DNA of 64,000 bases from Priapulus caudatus (Eukaryota). A program made the translations under genes and the position numbers. This document shows positions 1 through 12,700 of this stretch, in pieces; position 1 is the stretch's first letter, and every line of letters begins with the position of its first letter. The stretch covers positions 854,526 through 918,525 of the forward strand of contig NW_014577070.1 in assembly GCF_000485595.1 (NCBI RefSeq), read 5' to 3'. The notes below the pieces were generated by a model that was not told the origin of the DNA, searched no databases, and was given only the letters and a program-made list of their open reading frames with translations.

Positions 1-174
1 GGATTTTAGGAATTTACACAAATAAAATAGGGAGCTATGTTTCAGGAGATTTTTAATTTTGTATAGAATGAAAAGGCTAAGAGAGTTATCTTTAGACTAA
101 ACAAGGAAAATGCTGTATTTTTTAGGCAATAAGGATGGGCAATTTTTAATTAGCAAGCACATTAAACATTGCAA

Positions 175-500
175 ATTTATGCATGCATCATGCAGGCACT
201 AATGCACACACAACACGTGCAAGCGCACACAGGTACACTTTCATGTATACACACTCATGCGTAAATACATTTATGCGCACACACACAAACACGCATGCAC
301 GCACTCATGCACGCACATATGCATGCACGTAGACACACACACACACATGCACCAAAATACAAAATACACATGCAGGCACTGGCAAGCATACATGGAAAAA
401 CACTTTTGAACTTCTTCTTTCTCTCTCTGACATACTCTCACCCATACACGAAAGCAAGCATGCATACATGTACACATGCATAGGCACGCAGAGAGACATA
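175..500. repeat. Degenerate (CA)n/(CATG)-rich simple repeat in intron
   Basis: Runs of cacaca/catgca. Confidence 0.8.
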
Positions 501-735
501 GGACATATATGATATTAATGTTATACAATTAACATGTATACAATTAGAGTGCAGATAATGTTCAAATGTTTGGATACTTTTCAAAGGGAATTTGAAGTAG
601 CCTTGCATGTTAGTTGGTAACAGAGAATAGATCCAAAGAGGTGTTGATCCAGGAATTAGGTGACATGTGACTAGATAAAAGTAGTGATTTTAATGCTTGA
701 TATTGTGACGTCATACTGTTTTTTGTTGTTGCCAG

Positions 736-780
736 TTGTTGAAAAGAAGAAGAAAAAGAAAAAGCCAAAGAAACCTGAAG
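736..780 (+). CDS. 45-bp poly-Lys exon ([15 protein letters not shown]), phase 1-1
   Basis: gccag|TT...GAAG|gtttgt. Confidence 0.85.
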
Positions 781-3700
781 GTTTGTTTTGCTACATATTG
801 TTATGCAGTGTTACACATAATATTTGCTAAATATTTTATTGTAAATGTGAGCCTAATGATGAAAATAGCTTTGAATGAAACCATAAGTCCTCCAGATTAT
901 GTCTTGAACAGTTCATTGTAAAACGCAATTCACGTCATATTCTTGCACAAATATTGATCTGCTTAATTTTCTTCTATAGAAGTCCCGGTTGAGGAAGTCG
1001 AAGAGGCACCAGAGGAGGAGGCTCCTGAGGAGATCACACTTGAGGTTGTTCAACTGGAAGAAGAGCAACCAGAAGGTAATCCCTGTTGGTTTCCTGGCCT
1101 AATTGAGGGGCATGATCATTTCATTGCAGCTGATTGATTTGTTTCAATAGCTAATTGTTTCAAAACATCAATTTTGAAAAGAGACATCTTTATGAGCGCA
1201 GCCATCATTGTACAGTTATTTCATGCATGCACTAGCTCAGATATGCATATGGTATCTGAAGCTTGCACGTGTTCGTGAATTTTCTTCTGGTCACTGATGG
1301 AAATACATTTCCTATAACAGAAGTAATAGTTGAGTCGAAGGTCACTAAAAAGCGACGCAAAAAGAAGAAACCAAAAGAGCGCACTGAGGAGGAATTGCAG
1401 CTTGAGGTGGTAGAGCCTGTCGAAGAAGAACAGGAAACAGTTGAAGAAGAGTTCATTACACAAGAAGTCATTGAACTCACCGCGGAGGAAGAGATCACGG
1501 AAGACATTGTTGTTGAAATTGTTGAGGAAGTGACTCCAGAAGGGATTGAAGAGGTTGAGATCACCAGAGTTGTGAAAAAGAAAAGGAAGAAGCCTAAGAA
1601 ACCCAAAGGTTTGTGGCAGATGTTAATACATACTGCCACAAAATGTATTAACATTGGGCCTGGGCTGATGTTGCGAACGTTTTGCATTGATATAAGTTCC
1701 TCTTTCCACATACCTGTTTCTTCTCAAGTAGCTCCATGTATACGGGATAATTTTTGTTTTGCTCTTAATAAAATGTGAGTGTACATATTTGTCACCTTCA
1801 GAAGTCCCAGTTGAGGAGGTGGAAGAGGTACCAGAAGAGGAGGCTCCTGAGGAGATCACACTGGAGGTTGTTCAACTGGAAGAGGAGAAACTAGAAGGTA
1901 ATCACTAGTTCGTTATTGTAATTGTAACCAAGAATACTATTTAATAAGAAACAAGTTTCAATGCTGCAGAGGTTATTGTACAGGTATTTCAGACATGTTT
2001 ATGCTTAGATATTCTGCTTGAGTTGCATTAGTGATGAATGTTTTTACATTCATGCTGATGTAGCTTGATGTTGCTGATATCTGAAGCTCATACATATGTC
2101 TGAAGTGTGATCTGTCCACTGACTGAAACATGTTTCTTAATTCAGAAGTGATAGTTGAGTCGAAGGTTACTAAAAAGAGGCGTAAAAAGAAGAAGCCCAA
2201 AGATCTCACTGAAGAAGAAATACAACTAGAGATGGTTCAACCTGTCGAAGAAGTGGAAGAGACTGTCGAAGAAGAGTTTGTCACTCAAGAGGTTATTGAG
2301 CTCAAGCCGGAGGAAGAAATCACCGAGGAAATAGTCGTTGAAATAGTTGAAGAAGAGACTCCAGAAGGAATTGAAGAGGTTGAGATCACGAGGGTTGTCA
2401 AGAAGAAGACCAAGAAGACAAAGAAGCCTAAGGTTGAAATTCCTGTTGAGGAAGTTGTGGAAGTCCCAGTTGAAGAAGCTCCTGAGGAAGTCATTCTTGA
2501 GATTGTAGAAGAGGTTCCTGAGGAGGCAGTCGAAGGTAGCATTAAGCAGGCTAATAACATTTTTGAATTTCTTCCACACATTCTTGCATGCAATTGCTAG
2601 TAGTAGTCATATCAATGTGTCTGCAGATGAAATCTATAAACTTTTGTATTTTATAATGATAATTTTCGTCTTTTCTGGAAGAAATGTGAAGAAATTTACA
2701 ATGTTGCATCAGTCCTGCAAGCAGTCTAGTTGGAGTGAGCTAAGCATAGCAGTCCTCATAGTTTTGAATTATTAATATATTTTTGCATTTAAATCTTTCT
2801 GATTTTGTTTTGATTTTTGCATAGGCAATGTGGAATTATACTAAAATTGTCATCTTTTTTTGCAAAAGCGATTTTGGTAGAGACGGATTGCTCATTTTTC
2901 GCTGAATGTTATAAGCAATTGCTGACCTGATCCAGGGATTGTTTTATTATCAGTTATTGAAAAGAAGAAGAAGAAGAAAAAGCCAAAGAAACCTGAAGGT
3001 TTGTGGCAGATGTTGATACATACTGCCACATTATGTATTAACATTCTCGATGTGTATATTATTTGCCTATTGTAGATAGGTTCTATATTTATATAACGGT
3101 GTGTTGTTATATAAGGCATTATCTTTCATGAGGTCATTTCAGGAGGCATGTATTTTCCATTACTCATACTTATTCTCAAATGTTTTCTATAGAAGTCCCG
3201 GTTGAGGAGGTTGAAGAGGCACCAGAGGAGGAGGCTCCTGAGGAGATCACACTTGAGGTTGTTCAACTGGAAGAGGAGAAACTAGAAGGTAATCACTGTT
3301 GGTTTTTTGGCCTGATTGAGGGGCAAGATCTTTTCATTGCAGCTGATTGAATTGTTTTAATAGGCAATTGTTTCAAAACGTCAATTTTGAAAAGAGACAT
3401 CTTTATGAGCGCAGCCATCATTGTACAGTTATTTCATGCATGCACTAGCTCAGATATGCATATGGTATCTGAAGCTTGCACGTGTTCGTGAATTTTCTTC
3501 TGGTCACTGATGGAAATACATTTCCTATAACAGACAGTAATAGTTATCGAAGTACACTAAAAAGCGACGCAAAAAGTAAGAAGAACCAAAAGAAGCAATG
3601 AGGGAATTGCAGCTTGAGGTGGTAGACCCTGTCGAAGAAGGAATCAGGAACAGTTGAAGAAGAGTTCATTAGCACAAGAGTCATTGAAGCTCACGCGCGG

Positions 3701-6700
3701 GAAGGAAGAGATCAGGCGGAAGATCATTGTTGTTGAAATTGTTGAGGAAGTGACTCCAGAAGGGATTGATAGAGTTGAGATCACCAGAGTTGTGAAAAAG
3801 AAAAGGAAGACGCCTAAGAATACCGCAAAGGTTTGTGGTAGATGGTTAAACATAGCTGCGCCACGAAATGTATTACACATTGGGCCTGGGCCTGAGTTGC
3901 AGAACGTTTTGCATTGATTTAAAAGTCCTCTTCCACATACTCTGTTTCTTCATAGGTAGCTCCATGTATAGGGATAATTTTTGTTTGCTCTTAAAATTAA
4001 ATGTGAGTGTACATATTTGTCACTTTCAGAAGTCCCAGTTGAGGAGGTGGAAGAGGTACCAGAAGAGGAGGCTCCTGGGAGATCACACTGCGTTGTTCAA
4101 CTGGAAGAGAGAAGCTAGAAGGTAATCACTAAGTTCGTTATTGTGAATATGGTAACTCAAGAATACTAATTTAATCAAGAAACAAGTTTCAAAGTGCTGG
4201 CAGAGGTTATTGTACACAGGTGTCTTCAGACATGTATATGGCTTAGATATTCTGCTGAGTTGCATTAGTGATGGAGTGTTTTTACATTCATGCTTGATGT
4301 AGCTTGATGTTACTGAGTATCTGAATGCTCATCCACATGTCTGAAGTGAGATCGTCCACATGACTGAAACTATGTTTCCTTAATTCAGAATGAGTAGTTG
4401 AGTCGAAAGGTTACTCAAAATAGAGGTCGTAAAAAGAAGAAGCCCAAAGATCTCAGCTGAAGAAGAAATACAACTAGAGACTGGTTCAAACCTGTCAAAA
4501 GTGGATAGGACTGTTGAAGAAGAGTTTGTAACACAAAGAGGTTATTGAGCTCAAGCCGAGAAGAAATCACGAGGAAATAGTTGTTGAAATAGTGTGAAGA
4601 CGAGACTCCAGCAAGGACTTGAAGAGCGTTGACGATCAACGAGGGTTGTCGAAGAAGAAGACCAAGAAACAAGAGCCTAAGGTTCTGAAATTCCTGTTGG
4701 AGGAAGTTGTGGAATGCCAGTTGAAGAAGCTCCTTAAGAGGTCACTATTCGATCTCGTGAAAGATCACCAAAGAGGCAGTATGAAGGTAGCACGATGCAG
4801 GGCCACTAGTATCCCTGCCAGGTTATTCCGCCACGCCGACAATATATATAACATGAGTAAACTCCATTCCTTATTGTACAGCTCACCTTGTATAATTATT
4901 AGAACAATATTATGATAAGTGACATTAAATGTATTTGTAATCTCAAATCAAATGCAGAGTTTTAATTGTATTAAATGTTGGACTAGTAATTGTGTTTATC
5001 TGTCAACTTAATATAAGTAAGATACGCTTTGGTAGTAATGTTTGCACATATTGTGCTGTTGAAGTTTATTGCGGCAGGTACTTCTGACAGTGTAAGTGCT
5101 TCGATATTTCTCTCAAGTTGCTTAGCATGAATGTATAAGAATGCATGGCTGGATGTGGCGTGACGTTGCTTGTATCTTGAACTGCATACATGATGTCTGA
5201 AGTGTGATGTCCACTGACTGAAAACATGTTTCTGTAATTCATGAAGTGATAGGTTTGAATCGGAAAGTTAAAAAAGAGGCGGTAAAAAGAAGAACGCTCC
5301 AAAGATCTCGCTGAGAAGAAATACAACTAGAGCATGGTTCAACTTGGAAGAAGTAGAATGAGAACTGTCGAAGAAGAGTTCGTCACTCCAAGAGATTATT
5401 GAGGCTCAAGCCAGAGGAGAGAAATCACTAGGAAATAGTCCGTTGAAATAGTTGAAGCACGAGACTCTCAGAAGGAAATTGAAAGGTTGAGATCACGAGG
5501 TGTCAAGGAAGAAGACAAGAAGACAAAGAAGGCCTAAGGGTGTAGATTCCTGTGTGATAAGAAGTTGTGGAAGTGCCGGTGAAGAAAACTGCCCTGAGGA
5601 GGTCATTCTTGAGAATTGTAGAAGAGGTTCCTGAGAGGAAGCGAGAGTACCGAAGTCGCATTAAGCCAGGCTTACTAACAGTTTTGAAACCCTTTTTCCA
5701 CACATTCTTGCATGGCAATTGTTAGTAGTAGTCATATCAAGTGTCTCAGATGAAATGCTATAAACTTTGTATTTTATACCTGATAATCTTTGTCGCTTCT
5801 GAAGAAATTGAAGAATTTAACAATGTTGCATCAGTCTGCAAGCAGTCCTAGTTGGATCAGCTAAGAAGCATTCGCAGTGCCTCATAGTTTTGAAATTATT
5901 AATATAGTTTTTGCATTTAAATCTTTCGAATTTTGTTTTAATTTTTGCATAACAATGTGGAATTATACTAAAATTGTCATCTTTTTTTGCAAAAGCGATT
6001 TTGGTTATCATAGGACATTTTCGTACCAAAACGTGTCAGTGCAACTAGAGACGGATTGCTCATTTTTCGCTGAATGTTATAAGCAATTGCTGACCTGATC
6101 CAGGGATTGTTTTATTATTAGGTTATTGAAAAGAAAGAAGCAGAAAAAGCCAAAGAAACCTGAATGGGTTTGTGGCAGATGTTGATACATACTGCCACAT
6201 TATGTTATTGAACATTCTCGATGTGTATATGTATTTACCTATTGTAATGAGGTTCGTATATTTTTACTAACGGTGTGTTGGTATATAAGGCAATTATTTC
6301 ATGAGTCATTTCAGGAGGCATGTATTGTCCATAGCTCATACTTATTCTCAATGTCTTCTATAGAAGTCCCGTTGAGAGAGGTGAAGAAGGCACCAGAGGA
6401 GGAGGCTCCTGAGGAGGATCACACTTGAGGTTGTTCAGACTGAAGAAGAGCACCAGAAAGTAATCAGTCACTTAGTTGGTTCCTGGCCTTAATGAGGGGC
6501 GTAGAATCTTTTCATTGCAGCTGATTGAATTGTTTTAATAGGCAATTGTTTCAAAACGTCATTTTGAAAAGAGACATCTTTAGAGCGCAGCCATCATTGT
6601 AACAGTATTTCATGGCATGCACATAGCATGAGATGATGCANGAGACTCCAGAAGGAATTGAAGAGGTTGAGATCACGAGGGTTGTCAAGAAGAAGACCAA

Positions 6701-9700
6701 GAAGACAAAGAAGCCTAAGGTTGAAATTCCTGTTGAGGAAGTTGTGGAAATGCCAGTTGAAGAAGCTCCTGAAGAGGTCACTATTGATCTCGTGGAAGAG
6801 ATCACCAAAGAGGCAGTTGAAGGTAGCACGATGCAGGCCACTAGTATCCCTGCCATTATTCCACGCCACAACTAATATAACATGATAAACTCCATTCCTT
6901 ATTGTACAGGCTCACTGTGTATAATTATGTAGAACAATATTATGATAAGTGACATTAAATTGTATTTTGTATCTCAAATCAAATGAGAGTTTAATGTATT
7001 AAATGTTGGAAGTAATTGTGTTATACTGTCAACTTAATATAAGTACAGATACGCTTTGTATATGTTTGCACATATGTGCTGTTGAAGTTATTGCACAGGT
7101 ACTTCAGACATGTATATGCTTAGATATTCTGCTCAAGTTGCATTAGCAATGAATGTATATGAATTCATGCTGATGTGGCTTGACGTTGCTGGTATCTGAA
7201 GCTCATACATGTGTCTGAAGTGTGATCTGTCCACTGACTGAAACATGTTTCTTAATTCAGAAGTGATAGTCGAATCGAAAGTTACTAAAAAGAGGCGTAA
7301 AAAGAAGAAGCCCAAAGATCTCACTGAAGAAGAAATACAACTAGAGATGGTTCAACTTGTGGAAGAAGTAGAAGAGACTGTCGAAGAAGAGTTCGTCACT
7401 CAAGAGATTATTGAGCTCAAGCCAGAGGAAGAAATCACTGAGGAAATAGTCATTGAAATAGTTGAAGAAGAGACTCCAGAAGGAATTGAAGAGGTGGAGA
7501 TTACGAGGGTTGTCAAGAAGAAAGGCAAGAAGAAGAAGCCTAAAGTTGAAATCCCTGTTGAGGAATTTGTGGAAATGCCAGTTGAAGAAGCTCCTGAAGA
7601 GGTCACTATTGATGTCGTGGAAGAGATCACCGAAGAGGCAGTCGAAGGTAGCACGATGCAGGCCACTAGTATATCTGCCATTATTCCACGCCGCAGCAAA
7701 TATAACATAATACACCCCATTCCTTATTGTAATGGCTCACTGTGTATATGTAGGGAAATATTATGAGAAATGACATTAAATTGTTAATTTAGTATCTCAA
7801 ATCAAATGAGAGTATACTGTTTTAAATGTTGGGAGTAATTATGTTATACGTCAACTTCATTTAAATGCAGATACGCTATGTATTTATATATTTAAATGAT
7901 GCCGCCGTGTGGTGTGGAATATTAGCTCACTATTATGGGAGTTTTGTCATTTATTACTGAAATTGTTTCAATGCTTACTTTATCACCAGTCAATGAAAAG
8001 AAGAATAAAAGGAAAAAGGCAAATGTTGATACATAATGCCACACGATGTATTAACATTCTTGCCATGTAAAACAGTAGCCATGAAAACGAAAGTTTCAGT
8101 GCAGTGCAATTTTGTGCTGCCATGTTTTAACTATATTCGTAGATGGTTTGCACCCGTCTCATTATAATTGCTATCTACTCAGTGCACGCATATTCATTTA
8201 TCTTTTTCAGAAATCCCCGTCGAGGAGGTGGAAGAGGTTCCTGAAGAGGAGATTCCTGAGGAGATCACACTTGAGGTTGTTCAACTGGAAGAAGAGATAC
8301 CTGAAGGTAATTTATTGGTAGCTCCCACTCATGCTAACTATAAACTATGAACCTTCACAGAGAGAAACATATTTCAGTGCTGTTGAAGTTATTGCACAGG
8401 TACTTCAGACATGTATGCTTAGTATTCTGCTCAAGTTGCATTAGCAATGAATGTATATGAATTCATGCTGATGTGGCTTGACGTTGCTGGTATCTGAAGC
8501 TCATCCATGTGTCTGAAGTGTGATCTGTCCACTGACTGAAACATGTTTCTTAATTCAGAAGTGATAGTTGAGTCGAAGGTTATAAAGGGACGTAAAAAGA
8601 GAGCCAAAGATATCACGGAAGAAGAAATACAAACTAGAGATCGTTCAACCTGTCGAAGAAGTGGAAAGAGACTGTCGAAGAAGAATTTTTCACTCAAAGA
8701 GGTTATTGAGCTTAAGCGGAGGAAAATCACGCGGAAATAGTCGTTGAAATAGTTGAAGAGAGGACTCCAGAAGGAATTGAAGAGGTGGAGATCACGAGGG
8801 TTGTTAAGAAGAAAGGCAAGAAGAAGAAGAAGCCTAAAGTTGAAATCCCTGTTGAGGAAGTTGTGGAAATGCCAGTTGAGGAAGCTCCTGAAGAGGTCAC
8901 TATTGATGTCGTGGAAGAGATCACCGAAGAGGCAGTCGAAGGTAGCACGATGCAGGCCACTGGTATCTCTGTCATTATTCCACGCCACAGCAAATATAAC
9001 ATAATAAACTCCATTCCTTATTGTAATGGCTCACTGTGTATATGTAGGGAAATATTATGATAAATGACATTAAATTGTAAATTTAGTATCTCAAATCAAA
9101 TGAGAGTTTAATGTGTTAAATGTTGGTAATTATCTTATACGTCAACTTAATACAAGTGCAGATACCCTTTGTATTTAAATATTTAAATGATGCCTCCGTG
9201 TGGTTGTGGAATATTAGCTCACTATTATGGGAGTTTTGTAAGTTATTACTGACATGCTTCAATGCTTATTTTATCGTCAGTCACTGAAAAGAAGAAGAAA
9301 AAGAAAAAGCCAAAGAAACCTGAAGGTTTGTGGCAAATGTTGATACATAATGCCACACCATGTATTAACATTCCGGCCATGTAAAATTGTAGCCATGAAA
9401 AAGAAAGTTTCAGAACAGTGCAATTTTGTGCTGCCATGTTTTAACTATATTCGTAGATGGTTTGCAACCGTCTCATTATAATTGCCATCTACTCAGTGCA
9501 CGCATATTCATTTATCTTCTTCAGAAATCCCCGTCGAGGAGGTGGAAGAGGTTCCTGAAGAGGAGATTCCTGAGGAGATCACACTTGAGATTGTTCAACT
9601 GGAAGAAGAGATACCTGAAGGTAATTTATCGCTAGTTCCCATTCATGCTAACTATACCTAGGAACCTTTCACAGAGAGAAACATATTCCAGTGCTGTTGA

Positions 9701-12700
9701 AGTTATTGCACAGGTACTTCAGACATGTATATGCTTAGATATTCTGCTCAAGTTGCATTAGTAATGAATGTTTTTGAATTCATGCTTATGTGGCTTGACG
9801 TTGCTGGTATCTGAAGCTCATACATGTGTCTGAAGTGTGATCTGTCCACTGACTGAAACATGTTTCTTAATTCAGAAGTGATAGTTGAGTCGAAGGTTAC
9901 TAAAAGGAGACGTAAAAAGAAGAAGCCCAAAGATCTCACCGAAGAAGAAATACAACTAGAGATCGTTCAACCTGTCGAAGAAGTGGAGGAGACTATTGAA
10001 GAAGAGTTCGTCACTCAAGAGATTATTGAGCTCAAGCCAGAGGAAGAAATCACTGAGGAAATAGTTGTTGAAATAGTTGAAGAAGAGACTCCAGAAGGAA
10101 TTGAAGAGGTGGAGATCACGAGGGTTGTCAAGAAGAAAGGCAAGAAAAAGAAGAAGCCTAAAGTTGAAATCCCTGTTGAGGAAGTTGTGGAAACGCTAGT
10201 TGAGGAAGCTCCTGAACAGGTCACTATTGATATCGTGGAAGAGATCACCGAAGAGGCAGTCGAAGGTAGCACGATGCAGGCCACTATTCAGCACTCTTAT
10301 TGTTATTTTTATTTCGTCTACTGTTATTCCAGACTAAAGAAAATAGAACATAATAATGCCATATTATGTCAAACGTTATTGATTCTTAATTGATATCGCA
10401 TACTTCCACATAATCGCATGGTTATATTTGAATCCAAATATCTGTCCCTCCTCTTTTCATTTGAATAACGTTTGTAAGATCCAGGCGATGAAGTGTCTGA
10501 AGATGTTACTCTTGAATTTGTATAAGCAGTAACAGAAAATGCTATATTAAATGAGATTACACTTCATCGCTTCCTAATTGATATTGCATACCTGGTTATA
10601 ATTACATCTAAATATCTCTCTCTCTCTCTTTTATTTGAAGAACGTTTGGAACTTCCAGACCAGGAAGTGTTTGAGGATGTTACTCTTGAGATTGTACTTT
10701 TAACAGATTGTTTATGTTAATTTCAGTAACAGAAGATGTGGTTGAAATTACTGAGAAGAAAAAGAAGAAGAAAAAGAAGGAGAGAGGTTAGTAATTTAAT
10801 GCTGAATATATATATCTGTAAAAGCCTTTTTCGTTCTAATGTTTTAATTAAGTTCCACAGATGTCATATTTTCTAAGTTTGACTAGAATGTAGCAAAGGT
10901 AATAAGAGAACATTCAGTATATCATACACAATGCCTGCACTGATTTGTATAGATATTTAAAACATTTTACTTTTCTTTTTGACAGCTCCTAAAGTGCCAG
11001 AAGAGGTAAGCATCTTTTTTGACTAGTGTAAAGGTAATTGTGGAAGCATTTTTATTTATGCAATGAGATTGTCTGTGTAGTAGGATTATCTTCTGTAGGA
11101 TATAATGTATAGTAATATTGTGTTATATTTACATGAACTCTGAGGTTTTAAGTGAGGGCAGTTAGATTTCACATTTTCACAATTTCTTTCTAGGTTGTAT
11201 CTCCTGAGGCACCTGCTTTGACTCCTATGCCTGATTTGACACTCGTCGAAGGTGAAGTGGCTTGCTTCACAACATTTGTAAGTTATTATGTTAGTCATGT
11301 AATATGGAATAGTGCCCTATTGTGGAAATTGCATCCAAGTAAATAAACATCATGTTAGCTGGTAGGAGTATTCACGTGTACCCTGTTGAATATGTACAAA
11401 AACTAGTATTGAATAATAATCATCATTTGAGCGGTCATATAATTCACTTATGCTGCTAATAATAACAACATGCTCTGTAAGCTGATGATCATAAGATGCA
11501 CGTAGTCATGGGTAAGATTCTGGCCAATTTTGGTCATAATAGTGAGTTGTATGGAGAGGCTATACAGAACAAGTGTTTTCTGTGATCTGATATCACATAG
11601 CTTAGCAGCAGAAACCAACAGACAGTACAGCACAGTGTTGTACATTAGAGCTATGTGATAAAGATTCAAGCATATTCCTGGACAATCATTTCTCACAGGA
11701 AGGAAGCACTTTTCCTGCAATACTCTCTAACCGTTTTCTTTCTGGAGTAGTGGTATACTGGGAGGTGACACTATTATGGGATACTGAGGTGTAGCGTCTA
11801 GCGTGACACTACACAAGTGTGAGGGGGAAAGGTAGGAGAATAACCACGGGAGTAAATAACCAAAGGAGAAGAGCAAAAGTAGAGGGTACGATGTAGCTTT
11901 ATTGACTCGTAACGCCGAACGTCGATTCACACTGGCACGTGACTTCTCTCGGACTCTGTCTTGGGGTTCTGCCGTGAGCGCAGAAACCGTATTTTTACTT
12001 CCTTCATCGGCCTTGACACTTCGCGCGCTCACCGTCTGTTTCTTTGTTTTTCTGGCTGGATGTTACCGCATCCGTTGTGCATAAGACATTATGTATGGTG
12101 TCCTGCATACAATGGCCTAATATTGGTCGCTACATGTGATTGTATATTGAAAGGGGAACCAGCAGCATCTTTCTGTGAACATTAAGTCGAGCTATTCAAA
12201 CTAATGTAATCTGTATGTTTTTTTTTATTTGCCATAGGTTACTGGCTATCCGATTCCAACAATCACCTGGGGTGTTGAACATGTAGAACTCACAGACTCT
12301 CCCGACTTTGAAATAACTTTTGAAGACAACGTGGCAGAACTGGTGATCACCCACGTCTACACAGATGACCAGGGCTCCTATTGGTGTAGAGCAGAAAATG
12401 AATATGGAGAAGACTCAGTTGCTGCCATGCTATTCGTGCCAAGTACGTAGCACAATTCTGTTGTGTATTCAGTGTATTTAAAAAACCGTTTGAACAAATC
12501 TCAATTCATCCTTAATCTTGATTAGGCCAAAGTTGATAGCCACGAAATCAAGAATTCACTGAAAACTTAAAAAGCCTTGTAGATTACGTGAACAAATTAT
12601 TTGTCTAAGTGAATGTGTGCGTGGGCATGTACATCTGTGTTCTATTAAATTGTCAATGTGGGTCTCGTTTTTATGGTGGATACAGTCCATTAAAGGTGAG

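Larger units (their letters stand above)
736..10265 (+). repeat. Exon array A: tandem duplications of 45, 96 and 288/387-390 bp PEVK-like exons with their introns
   Basis: Near-identical exons and introns recur, e.g. the 45-bp exon at 736, 2954, 9281 and the long exon at 2146, 7261, 9876. Confidence 0.95.

Noticed and set aside
271..528. ORFs rich in CV/HT repeats (also 59287-59739 and 60694-61097)
   Set aside because: Translations of (CA/GT)n microsatellites.
742..775. Poly-Lys tracts as nuclear localisation signals
   Set aside because: They match the pattern trivially, but their repetition within a sarcomeric spring gives no evidence of nuclear function.
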